Shown here piece by piece: positions 29,769 through 38,078 of a DNA stretch of 64,000 bases (positions are counted from its first letter, which is position 1; each line of letters opens with the position of its first letter). The position numbers and the translations under genes were made by a program. The notes beneath the pieces were generated by a model. The model worked only from the letters and a program-made list of their open reading frames with translations. It made no database searches and had not been told where the DNA came from. Source of the stretch: an uncultured Candidatus Saccharibacteria bacterium (GTDB lineage Bacteria; Patescibacteriota; Minisyncoccia; Phycocordibacterales; DATGWK01); the NCBI GenBank assembly GCA_964492195.1, contig CAZBJL010000004.1, forward strand, positions 3,621-67,620, written 5' to 3'.

Positions 29769-30041
29769 TTATGCGATGTGGAGAATCTTTTTGATTTTTG
29801 ACTTGCCATCGAAGTGAGTTCGACGAGTTTGGGCAATGACAACAGTGCCTTCTTTAAGGGCGTAGAGAGTGTGGTCTGAACCAGTACCAACATTTCGGCC
29901 AGGAAGGACGTCTGTACCTCTTTGGCGCACGATAACAGCGCCAGCTTGCGCATGTTCGCCTGCATTTACCTTAATACCTAAGTATTTTGGATTTGAATCT
30001 CTCCCGTTTTTTGTTGAGCCACCGGCCTTTTTTGTTGCCAT
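29769..30041 (-). CDS. rpmA: 50S ribosomal protein L27
   Basis: [16 protein letters not shown] and VRQRGT motifs. Confidence 0.97.
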   Translation of the reverse strand: MATKKAGGSTKNGRDSNPKYLGIKVNAGEHAQAGAVIVRQRGTDVLPGRNVGTGSDHTLYALKEGTVVIAQTRRTHFDGKSKIKKILHIA

Positions 30042-30061
30042 ATGTTTGGTATAATTACCCC

Positions 30062-30427
30062 ATGAGTATACTCAATGGCAGTAAAAAAATCAATATCTTG
30101 GTCCTTATCAGCATAATCGTCGTTCTCGGCTTCACGTTTGCCTTCGGAGGCCTTAAATTGAAGGCTTTGTGGGATAAAAAAGAGCCTTTGCAAATTATTC
30201 AGCCAAATCCTACCACACCAAAGACCACCGAAAATCAAAAACCGTTTGTAAAGATTCGGCCGGTTGTGGCTTCGAAAAATGGTACCACATACCACCTTCT
30301 CGATTGTCCTGGTGCCAAAACAATAGAAGAGAAGAATAAGATTTATTTTAAAGACGAGGCATCTGCCCAAAGTGCAGGCTATGAACCAGCTCAAAACTGT
30401 ATTGGTTTAATCCCTCCCCACGAATAA
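30062..30427 (+). CDS. Membrane-anchored protein with Ada-metal-binding-like C-terminal domain
   Basis: TM helix, then [14 protein letters not shown]...IYF....A..AGY.P..NC. Start ATG 30062, 6 nt after TATAAT. Confidence 0.7.
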   Translation: MSILNGSKKINILVLISIIVVLGFTFAFGGLKLKALWDKKEPLQIIQPNPTTPKTTENQKPFVKIRPVVASKNGTTYHLLDCPGAKTIEEKNKIYFKDEASAQSAGYEPAQNCIGLIPPHE

Positions 30428-30428
30428 T

Positions 30429-31016
30429 ATGATTGTTGTCGACGTAGAAACGACGGGTACAGACCCTCAAAAGCACTCTTTGGTAAGTATTGGCGCTATT
30501 GATTTCGACAACCCTACAGAGCAGTTTTATGAAGAATGCCGGATCTGGGAAGGGGCTCATATTGACCCCGCAGCTATGGTTGTAAACGGCTTTAGTGAAG
30601 AAGATGTTCGTACTCAAAACAAGCCCGAAGAAGGGGAAATCGTAAAGCATTTCTTCACCTGGTTTGAGGGAAGGGGAAACCAGCTTGTGGCGGCCCAAAA
30701 CCCGATGTTCGATCTCGGTTTCCTCCAGGCAGCGGCAATTCGTCACCACATAGACATAAAACTGGCTCATAGGTCGCTCGACCTTCATACAGTGACGTAT
30801 TTCCATATGATTAAGGCGAATGTCCTTCCACCGGTTAAAAATAAGAAAAGTGATATAAATTCCGACGGAATAATGGCGTACGTGGGTATTCCAGCAGAAC
30901 CAAAGCCACACATTGCGCTCAATGGGGCAGTGTGGGAGGCAGAAGCGCTCTCAAGACTCCTTTTTGGACGCTCTCTTCTACCCCAATTCTCCCAATTTCC
31001 TATTCCTTGGCTGTAA
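30429..31016 (+). CDS. DEDDh-family 3'-5' exonuclease
   Basis: DVETTG, NPMFDLGFL, SLDL and HIALNGA motifs. Confidence 0.85.
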   Translation: MIVVDVETTGTDPQKHSLVSIGAIDFDNPTEQFYEECRIWEGAHIDPAAMVVNGFSEEDVRTQNKPEEGEIVKHFFTWFEGRGNQLVAAQNPMFDLGFLQAAAIRHHIDIKLAHRSLDLHTVTYFHMIKANVLPPVKNKKSDINSDGIMAYVGIPAEPKPHIALNGAVWEAEALSRLLFGRSLLPQFSQFPIPWL

Positions 31017-31152
31017 GTGTTCAGTGGTTGCCAACGTCTCACACCAAAAAATCACTTTTTTGAATAAAAATTAAGAGCGATTTTAGTGAAAATATGGCTA
31101 TACATAGGCCTTTTTTAGCCATAGTTTATACAATGAAATTCGCATTTTGTCA

Positions 31153-31181
31153 TTGACAAGGGTAGGAGAATATGCTAATAT
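31153..31181 (+). promoter_or_regulatory. Strong sigma70 promoter with extended -10
   Basis: TTGACA, 17 nt, TGc-TAATAT. Confidence 0.8.
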
Positions 31182-31260
31182 ATTTATGTTGCTCAGTTGT
31201 AATGACTGAGCTTTTGTTTTGAAGGGATTATCAATAATCCGTCAAAAGAACTAAAAATAT

Positions 31261-31719
31261 ATGATAAATATAACAGCACTTGGACTCTATATGTTGCTTA
31301 CCGGAATCACTGGTAACCCTGGCGCAGTTCAACCTCCAAAAATGACTGATACGACTGTCCTTGTTGAAAGAACTAAGGAAGAGTCGACAAACGAAATTGA
31401 TAAGAGCGTTGAAGCCCATGTTCGTGATTACTTCTCCGATATTCCAATTATGGTTGAGGTTGCACGATGTGAGTCGCACTTTCGACAGGTTGGTTCAAAC
31501 GGTAAAATTATTCGTGGTATTGAAAACCCGAACGACGTCGGAGTTATGCAAATTAACGAAGACTACCATCTTGAACAGGCGAAGAAGCTCGGTATGGACG
31601 TGTACACCCTTGATGGTAACCTCGAATATGCTCGTTACCTTTATGAGAAGCAAGGTGCTCGCCCATGGTTAGCTTCATCTCCATGTTGGGCAAAAACAAA
31701 AGAATTAGCGATGAGATAA
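31261..31719 (+). CDS. Secreted lysozyme-fold / lytic transglycosylase-like protein
   Basis: Signal-like N-terminus; ARCES (catalytic Glu), GVMQIN, GNLEYARYLY and PW...CW motifs. Confidence 0.75.
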   Translation: MINITALGLYMLLTGITGNPGAVQPPKMTDTTVLVERTKEESTNEIDKSVEAHVRDYFSDIPIMVEVARCESHFRQVGSNGKIIRGIENPNDVGVMQINEDYHLEQAKKLGMDVYTLDGNLEYARYLYEKQGARPWLASSPCWAKTKELAMR

Positions 31720-31730
31720 TCGCATTCACG

Positions 31731-31757
31731 AAAGAGTCGGCCTTGGCCGGCTTTTTT
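31731..31757 (+). terminator. Intrinsic terminator
   Basis: AAAGAGTCGGCC-TT-GGCCGGCTTTTTT. Confidence 0.8.
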
Positions 31758-31817
31758 GTTGTCTGAAAAATGACACAAAATAAATCTCGAGAAAATTTAA
31801 ATATTAAAACAGGAACG

Positions 31818-31944
31818 GTAGGGAGAAGTGGTTTTTAAATGTTTGAATCCATAGAACCTTCTTATAGGTAAGAGTCGCACAATATATGTTTTGCGACACT
31901 AAGCCTAGAGTAAAGGGGCCTTTTATTTCAAACCACTTCCCTAC
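31818..31944. repeat. Long imperfect inverted repeat enclosing the dif-like site
   Basis: GTAGGGAGAAGTGGTTT (31818-31834) pairs with AAACCACTTCCCTAC (31930-31944); inner CCTT/AAGG and TAGG/CCTA pairs. Confidence 0.8.
31872..31899. other. Putative dif (Xer recombination) site
   Basis: GAGTCGCACAA-TATATG-TTTTGCGACAC has 11-6-11 architecture with near-palindromic arms and lies where gene orientation converges. Confidence 0.6.
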
Positions 31945-31987
31945 AGATTAAATGTAAAAAAAAGACTGATTGGTCGAACGCACACAA

Positions 31988-32980
31988 TTAATTATTTTGT
32001 TCAGAAAATATTTCTTTCGCTCTCTTCCAAAATTCTGGATGATTATTTTCCTTCATGTAATACCACCATTCAGCGCCCCATAAATATTGTTTTTCAAAAC
32101 CTGATTTTTTAGCAAATTCAATCGCATGATTAAATTTATCAATGTTCATCTGACTTAACGCAGTATCCATCGATACATCTACAATTGGCTGCAAAAGCCA
32201 TGGTTCGGCTGAGAGTTCGATCAATAGTACCTCTTTTTTGCCATTCACGAGCTCAATTATGTTTCTTTTGATTCTAAAAAACGCTGGGGTAATCGGATAG
32301 CGAATTTGGCCGAGTTTGTGATTCCAGATATAGAGATACATGCTTGTGCCAAATAAATCTCCAGAATTGTACGCTTTGTACCACAAACCAAGTTCGCCGC
32401 TGTCTGTGACAAGAATTTTGTGAGTTGAATCAAGTGAACGAACAAGAGCAACTTCGGTATTTAAAAATTCTCGATCAAAGAAATCTCCGCAATTATTTTT
32501 GGCAAAGAATGAAAGGAACGGTTCGTTTTCGATCTGCCATTCAGAAATTGCCGGTGAATTTTTGTATCGAGTAACAACTGCGGTTATGTACGTGAGAACT
32601 TCTGCACGCTTTTCTTCTTTTGAAAGGTTTTTTGCCCAGTCTGGTTCGTGACATTCTGGCCAGCCAGGCAAACGTCGTCCAACCGCAAGAATTACCCTCG
32701 CGTCGTGCTTTTCTGCCTCTTTGATCTGATAATCAAGCTCTGACCAATTGAAAGAATCTTTTTTGGGTTCGGTGAGCGGCCAATGAGCTGAAAGGCGAAA
32801 TTTCGTGACCCCAAGGTCGTTTAAAAGTGAATCGTAGACCTTTTTCCAGTCCAACTTGAGCTCTTGGGAATGGAATACGCTAAATGAGACGCCATAGGTA
32901 ACTGTGTCTGGAATTTTTCTGATTGAAAGGAGATAGAGACATCCGGCAATAATAATGACGACAATTAAAAGTTTTTTCAT
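31988..32980 (-). CDS. Membrane-anchored clan GH-A glycoside hydrolase (GH5/GH42-like)
   Basis: N-terminal TM, FNWSELDYQI, WQIENEP (acid/base), ELSAEPW (nucleophile) and LWG motifs. Confidence 0.75.
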   Translation of the reverse strand: MKKLLIVVIIIAGCLYLLSIRKIPDTVTYGVSFSVFHSQELKLDWKKVYDSLLNDLGVTKFRLSAHWPLTEPKKDSFNWSELDYQIKEAEKHDARVILAVGRRLPGWPECHEPDWAKNLSKEEKRAEVLTYITAVVTRYKNSPAISEWQIENEPFLSFFAKNNCGDFFDREFLNTEVALVRSLDSTHKILVTDSGELGLWYKAYNSGDLFGTSMYLYIWNHKLGQIRYPITPAFFRIKRNIIELVNGKKEVLLIELSAEPWLLQPIVDVSMDTALSQMNIDKFNHAIEFAKKSGFEKQYLWGAEWWYYMKENNHPEFWKRAKEIFSEQNN

Positions 32981-33876
32981 AAAAAGAGGACAAAGAATCC
33001 AATAACTATTAAACCTGTTGCAAGGGATTTATGTAGAAACTCATGACGGTGAACTGTTTCCTCAAAATATTCTGGCATGAGGCGACTAAAGAATATTGCA
33101 AAAATAAGGAGGAACATATACTGCGTTGCGCTCAAGGCGTTTACGAGCGTGGCGTTCCCAGACTTAAGCGCAATTAAAATACATAAGAAACCTAGACCTG
33201 CCAACACCTTGTTCCCTATTATCAAAACAGTTTTGTTTGCTTTGCTTTTATGTTGATTTGGTTTCCTTAAATCTTTTTTAATTTCTTTATAAAAGGTAGG
33301 GACCAGTAAAAAAGAAAGTGCGACTACTACGTTTGCCATTCGGGACCAGAAAAAGCCGTTGATGAACGTTTCATTTTGAAGGAGGAGCTTCATGATGACT
33401 GTTGAAAAACCGAAAAAGATTCCGGACCCAGAAAGGAAGAATAATGATTGCTTTGTAAATTTGAAGTGAGAGATGAGAAGCATTCCAATGACAAGAATTG
33501 TGAAACCAATGAGAAAATTATTTGGTAGATTTTCATTTAAAATAAATGCGCTGCTGATGAATGCAGAAATTGCGGCTACCCCACCGACAACTGGTACGAC
33601 CTCCGAAGCGTTTGATTTGATGAGGGATTTGTAGAGCAAGAAAATCGAAATGGCATAACTTATTGCTGCAATAAATGAAATACCAATGGTTGCTGGAGTT
33701 GGAATTGTGACACCAAAAGGCAATGCGCCAATAGCAAATATAGACAGAACTCCTACATAAAAGGTGTAGACAACGGGCTTTGAAACAACACCTTCATTCA
33801 CTATGAATCGATCAACAAGCACGGCAACTGCGTAGAGAAACTGTCCGATGATTACAAATAAAAGCCAGGTAGTCAT
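32977..33876 (-). CDS. EamA/DMT-family transporter
   Basis: About 10 TM helices in two repeats, with ASEVVP..LNE and ATLVNAL motifs. Confidence 0.75.
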   Translation of the reverse strand: MTTWLLFVIIGQFLYAVAVLVDRFIVNEGVVSKPVVYTFYVGVLSIFAIGALPFGVTIPTPATIGISFIAAISYAISIFLLYKSLIKSNASEVVPVVGGVAAISAFISSAFILNENLPNNFLIGFTILVIGMLLISHFKFTKQSLFFLSGSGIFFGFSTVIMKLLLQNETFINGFFWSRMANVVVALSFLLVPTFYKEIKKDLRKPNQHKSKANKTVLIIGNKVLAGLGFLCILIALKSGNATLVNALSATQYMFLLIFAIFFSRLMPEYFEETVHRHEFLHKSLATGLIVIGFFVLFL

Positions 33877-33879
33877 GAT

Positions 33880-35046
33880 TTAATTTTCTATTTCAATAAC
33901 ATTTGTTTCACAGATATTTTTATACACATACGCTGATGGGCGGATATGTCTCTGTTGAGTTACAAAATCAACTTCAATAAGACCGAAACGTTTTTCAAAC
34001 CCAAATGTCCATTCGTAATTATCCATGATTGACCAATGAAGATATCCACGGACATCAACACCATCTTGAATTGCGCGATGGATTTGGGCTAAATGGTCGA
34101 TGATGAACTTCCCTCTCTGTGCGTCAGTTGCATCGGCTAAACCATTTTCCATTATATACACAGGTTTTTGATATCGAGTGAGTTCTTTTAACACCCCGTA
34201 TATTCCTTCGGGATAAATACTCCAGCCCATATCAGTTTTGGGCAAATCGAGTGTTCCGCCAAGAAGCATGTAGAAATAATAATTTAAACCAATAAAGTCT
34301 AAATGTTTTTGAGTTTTGTTAAGAAAACGATGATTTATCCAGTGATATAAAAACTTTGCAGCAATAAAATTTATTGGATTCAATCCTCTGCTTTCAAAAA
34401 GAACATTGTCTTTCGCGACTCCAATGCTTATATCTGGTCGGATTTTTTTTACTGCCGCACTGGCAGCATTGTGAGCTTTGATTAAGTTATTACAGACCTT
34501 TAGGTACGCAATTGTATCTTTTCGAAATGGTGGCCAATATTTGCGAATGTAGCCGTTATGACTGTAGCCAGAGGGTTCGTTTATGAGTACGAGAAACTGC
34601 ACGTCAGGTAAGATTTCTTTAGTAACAAATTCAGCGTATTTTTTGAATCGCTCAATTGATTTTTTATTTTCAAAACCGCCGTCTTTTGAAAACCATAACG
34701 GCAGCGTAAAGTGCCAGAGCGTAATGAAAGGTTCCAATCCTCGAACTTTGAGTGCGTTGATTACATTTCGGTAATGAGCAACTTCTTTGTGGTCAAACTT
34801 CCCTTCTTCGGGTTCGATTCGAGCCCATTCAATAGATATTCGATGGCTGTTGTGACCGAGCTTCTGGGCATTGTTAAAATCTTCTTCGTATCGGTTGTAC
34901 TGATCGCATGCAGCACCACACACAGGGACTTTTCCCTGCTTCGCTGCTTCAGCCCAATCGCAATTTTCGATGCCGCCTTCAACTTGATATGAAGCTGATG
35001 CCGCGCCCCATAAAAATTTTTCTGGAAATCGGAGAATGTGTTTCAT
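33880..35046 (-). CDS. Glycoside hydrolase family 1
   Basis: FLWGAASASYQVEG, RISIEWARIEP, TLWHF, INEP, MENG and DNYEW..G...RFGL motifs. Confidence 0.95.
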   Translation of the reverse strand: MKHILRFPEKFLWGAASASYQVEGGIENCDWAEAAKQGKVPVCGAACDQYNRYEEDFNNAQKLGHNSHRISIEWARIEPEEGKFDHKEVAHYRNVINALKVRGLEPFITLWHFTLPLWFSKDGGFENKKSIERFKKYAEFVTKEILPDVQFLVLINEPSGYSHNGYIRKYWPPFRKDTIAYLKVCNNLIKAHNAASAAVKKIRPDISIGVAKDNVLFESRGLNPINFIAAKFLYHWINHRFLNKTQKHLDFIGLNYYFYMLLGGTLDLPKTDMGWSIYPEGIYGVLKELTRYQKPVYIMENGLADATDAQRGKFIIDHLAQIHRAIQDGVDVRGYLHWSIMDNYEWTFGFEKRFGLIEVDFVTQQRHIRPSAYVYKNICETNVIEIEN

Positions 35047-35051
35047 TGGGA

Positions 35052-35159
35052 TTATTCAAGAAGACCTTCCCACCATTCAAACGTGAAATGCATAAAAAGG
35101 TAGAGCGGGCCGTAAATCGGTAGTAACAAGAAAAACAGGATTGTGTTGATGACTTTCAT
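35052..35159 (-). CDS. Unannotated 35-aa hydrophobic small protein
   Basis: MKVINTILFFLLLPIYGPLYLFMHFTFEWWEGLLE*. TACAAT lies 5 nt upstream of the ATG and the stop lies 5 nt before the GH1 start. Confidence 0.65.
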   Translation of the reverse strand: MKVINTILFFLLLPIYGPLYLFMHFTFEWWEGLLE

Positions 35160-35172
35160 ACGTAATTGTATA

Positions 35173-35379
35173 TCAGAAATTCTTACTAATAAAATTTCTA
35201 ATGAATTGCACGAGTGCTTGCAGTGGCTCTTTCAAATGATCATTCCAGAGTGTGAGAAAGAAATTTTGAACTTCTGGTTTTCTAAACCAGGCTAATACGT
35301 CAATATGAAGCCAAAACTTTAAAAGCAAAATGGCAGCAATGACAAGAAGTATTGTTGATATGAATCCTCGATTTTTCAT
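35173..35379 (-). CDS. Small membrane protein with prepilin-like N-terminus
   Basis: MKNRG|FISTILLVIAAILLL; 68 aa, starting 1 nt after the M23 gene stop. Confidence 0.65.
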   Translation of the reverse strand: MKNRGFISTILLVIAAILLLKFWLHIDVLAWFRKPEVQNFFLTLWNDHLKEPLQALVQFIRNFISKNF

Positions 35380-35380
35380 T

Positions 35381-36688
35381 TTAAAAATAGAGCAATGGGT
35401 TGAGGTATGCGCGAATGTCAGCAACGGGAATGATTGCGTTTTTGCAATTAATACTGTTTTCGTATTTAACAATCTTAACACCTTGCGATGCATATACGCC
35501 AAAGTGAAGATGTGCGCCAGCTGGCCCTGCTGGAACAACGTAGCCTGTGTAGCCGCTGTATCCAACGATGTCGCCAGTTGCTACGCGTTGACCCGGAGTA
35601 ACTTTGATCAAACTTAAATGAGCGTAGAGGCTTGAAAGCCCGTTGTCGTGTCGCACAAGGACCCATCTGCCGTATGAAAAACATCCTGGTACAACGTCTG
35701 TATCGCCAACACCTTCCACGGTGCCGGTAAGTACCGCCATGACTTTTGTACCTGTTGTGGCTCTAAAATCAACACCGTTGTGACCTTTGCCGTTATAGGC
35801 ATTTGTTGTTTTGGAAAATTCAGTATCACCGAAATACTGCGTAATATAAATATTTTCAAGCGGCCAGGTAAGAATTCCCTCACCCGCGCTTGGGTAGCTG
35901 CTTGGATTGATAATAAATTTGAGTTGGCTTTCGTATTGATTCAATTCCTGTCGAAAGGCTTCACCAAGACGCTTTTTTTCTTCGAGTTGAAGTTTATATG
36001 TTGCTTCTTTGCTTTGAGTAACAGAAAGGAGTTTGGTTTTTTCGGATTTGTTTATATCAGCAATTTTTTTCTGATCTTCAAGCGTTCCCTTAAGTCCGAG
36101 CAAGCTTACTTTTTTTGTTTCAGTTGCTTCTTTCTTTTGAGCGAGCTGCTTTTTTAATTCCCGTACCGCTTCAATGTTGCCCTTAAGTGCGGTTTGAAAT
36201 CTACTTAATGATTCAATTTCATTCCATACATCGGCAGCAGTGTCGTGTGCAAGAAGAATCTCAACCATAGAAAAATTTTCTGCTTGGTTCGAAGCGCGGA
36301 TCGCCCCTCCAAGTGCGGACTGACTCGTTTGAATTTTCTTCTCACCGTCAATAATTTCTGATTCAAGTTCTGAAATGCTTAGGCTTGTCGCGCTCACCTG
36401 GTTTTGGGTAATTTCGAGCTCTTTTGCAAGTTTGCTTCGCTGAGTGTCGAGTACGCTGATGGTGCTTTTGAGTGTCTGACCTTCTTTTGCTGTTTCCTGG
36501 ATTTGCCCATCAAGCTGTTTGATTTCTTTATTCAACTGCTCGATTTTGGCATTTCGATCAGCAATATTTTTCTTAATTGTTTCTATTGCAGCATCGTCAG
36601 CTCCTTGTGCATTTTTAAACTGGGGACCACCAAGTACGAGGAGGAGTAAAAGAAAGAGAAGACTGATTTTAAACAGTGCTCTATTCAT
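35381..36688 (-). CDS. Coiled-coil plus M23 peptidase (peptidoglycan endopeptidase, EnvC/CwlO-like architecture)
   Basis: Signal peptide, long coiled coil, HNGVDF, YAHL and HLHF Zn motifs. Confidence 0.9.
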   Translation of the reverse strand: MNRALFKISLLFLLLLLVLGGPQFKNAQGADDAAIETIKKNIADRNAKIEQLNKEIKQLDGQIQETAKEGQTLKSTISVLDTQRSKLAKELEITQNQVSATSLSISELESEIIDGEKKIQTSQSALGGAIRASNQAENFSMVEILLAHDTAADVWNEIESLSRFQTALKGNIEAVRELKKQLAQKKEATETKKVSLLGLKGTLEDQKKIADINKSEKTKLLSVTQSKEATYKLQLEEKKRLGEAFRQELNQYESQLKFIINPSSYPSAGEGILTWPLENIYITQYFGDTEFSKTTNAYNGKGHNGVDFRATTGTKVMAVLTGTVEGVGDTDVVPGCFSYGRWVLVRHDNGLSSLYAHLSLIKVTPGQRVATGDIVGYSGYTGYVVPAGPAGAHLHFGVYASQGVKIVKYENSINCKNAIIPVADIRAYLNPLLYF

Positions 36689-38075
36689 TATTTTTTAATT
36701 TGCTTTCGGCCAAGGCAAGACGTGTGAGACTTTCTTTTCTTCCAAGAAGTGCAATGAGAGTGAACGGATCAGGAGATTTATTTTTGCCAGTAAGCGCAAA
36801 ACGGATTGGCCAGAGAACTGCGCCGCGGCCGTGTTCGGTGGCGTAGTTCCACACAAGTCCTTTTACACTTTCGCTCTCTGTTAACGCTGCATCCGGAGCA
36901 TTTTCAATAATCGCAATGATCTCTCGCAAAAATTCTTGAGTTCTTTCGGAATCTTTTTCGTCTCTCCAAAGTAAGTCTTTGATATCGTACTCTGGGCTTT
37001 CAAATAAATAATCAAAATCTCCCGCGTCAAACAAAGCGACGATGTCTGAATATACATCAATTCTGTCAATTAAAGCCGGCACAAGTTTTACCAAAAGTTC
37101 ATCAGAAAGTTTCCATTTCTTTTCTTTGTATACCGCTGAACTTTCGATAAATGGTCGGATTTCAAGAGCGATTTCCTGATGCGTTTTCCTTTTCAAATAT
37201 TCTCTGTTGACCCAGCGAAGTTTTTCTTCGTTATATACCGCGCCTGCTTTTTGGACTTGGGCAATATTAAATCGCTTTATGAGTTCCGCTGGTGTAAAAA
37301 ATTCCTCCTCTGTTCCAGGATTCCATCCAAGCATCGCCATATAATTAATAATTGCTTCAGGGAAGTATCCTTGGTCTTTGAAATATTTAAGAGAAATTTT
37401 TTCGCCGTGTTTGCGTTTTGAAAGTTTCGTTCGATCGCTTGAAAGAATAAGCGGTAAATGCGCATATATTGGCCGTGGAGCGCCGATTGCTTCTTGGATG
37501 AGGATTTGTCGCGGAGTGTTTGAAATATGATCTTCGCCGCGAATAATGTGGGTTACGCCTGCTTCGAAATCATCAATAACAACAGCCAAATGATATACCG
37601 GCTCGGTAAGGCTTCGTGCAATGACAAAATCACCGAGTTCCTTTGTGTCAAAAGAAATTTCACCGCGAATAAGATCGGTAAAGGTAATATTTTTATTTGG
37701 GTTTTTAAAACGGATTACTTCTGGCCGTTTTGTTGGGTCGCCGCCGGTGTCTTCTTTTGAAACATACGCAAAACCGTCTTTGATTATTTTTTCTAGATAC
37801 AGACGGTACACCTCCCCTCTTTCTGACTGTCGAAGGATTTTTTTATTATCCCAGTGCAAACCAAGCCACGTGAGGTTCGCAATAAGTTCAGTTTCGTATT
37901 CTTTTGTGGACCGTTCTTTGTCCGTATCTTCAACCCGAAAAATAAATTCTCCGTCATGCTGTTTTGCGTACAGAAAATTATAAATTGCAGTACGAACATT
38001 TCCCATTTGCAAAAGACCTGTCGGACTTGGTGGAAATCGAGTAATTATTTTTTTGTAATTTTCGGAGTTTTTCAT
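36681..38075 (-). CDS. gltX: Glutamate--tRNA ligase
   Basis: RFPPSPTG, RVEDTD, THIIRGEDH, KLSKR and LGWNP motifs; the HIGH motif reads QMGN. Confidence 0.93.
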   Translation of the reverse strand: MKNSENYKKIITRFPPSPTGLLQMGNVRTAIYNFLYAKQHDGEFIFRVEDTDKERSTKEYETELIANLTWLGLHWDNKKILRQSERGEVYRLYLEKIIKDGFAYVSKEDTGGDPTKRPEVIRFKNPNKNITFTDLIRGEISFDTKELGDFVIARSLTEPVYHLAVVIDDFEAGVTHIIRGEDHISNTPRQILIQEAIGAPRPIYAHLPLILSSDRTKLSKRKHGEKISLKYFKDQGYFPEAIINYMAMLGWNPGTEEEFFTPAELIKRFNIAQVQKAGAVYNEEKLRWVNREYLKRKTHQEIALEIRPFIESSAVYKEKKWKLSDELLVKLVPALIDRIDVYSDIVALFDAGDFDYLFESPEYDIKDLLWRDEKDSERTQEFLREIIAIIENAPDAALTESESVKGLVWNYATEHGRGAVLWPIRFALTGKNKSPDPFTLIALLGRKESLTRLALAESKLKNNE

Positions 38076-38078
38076 ATA

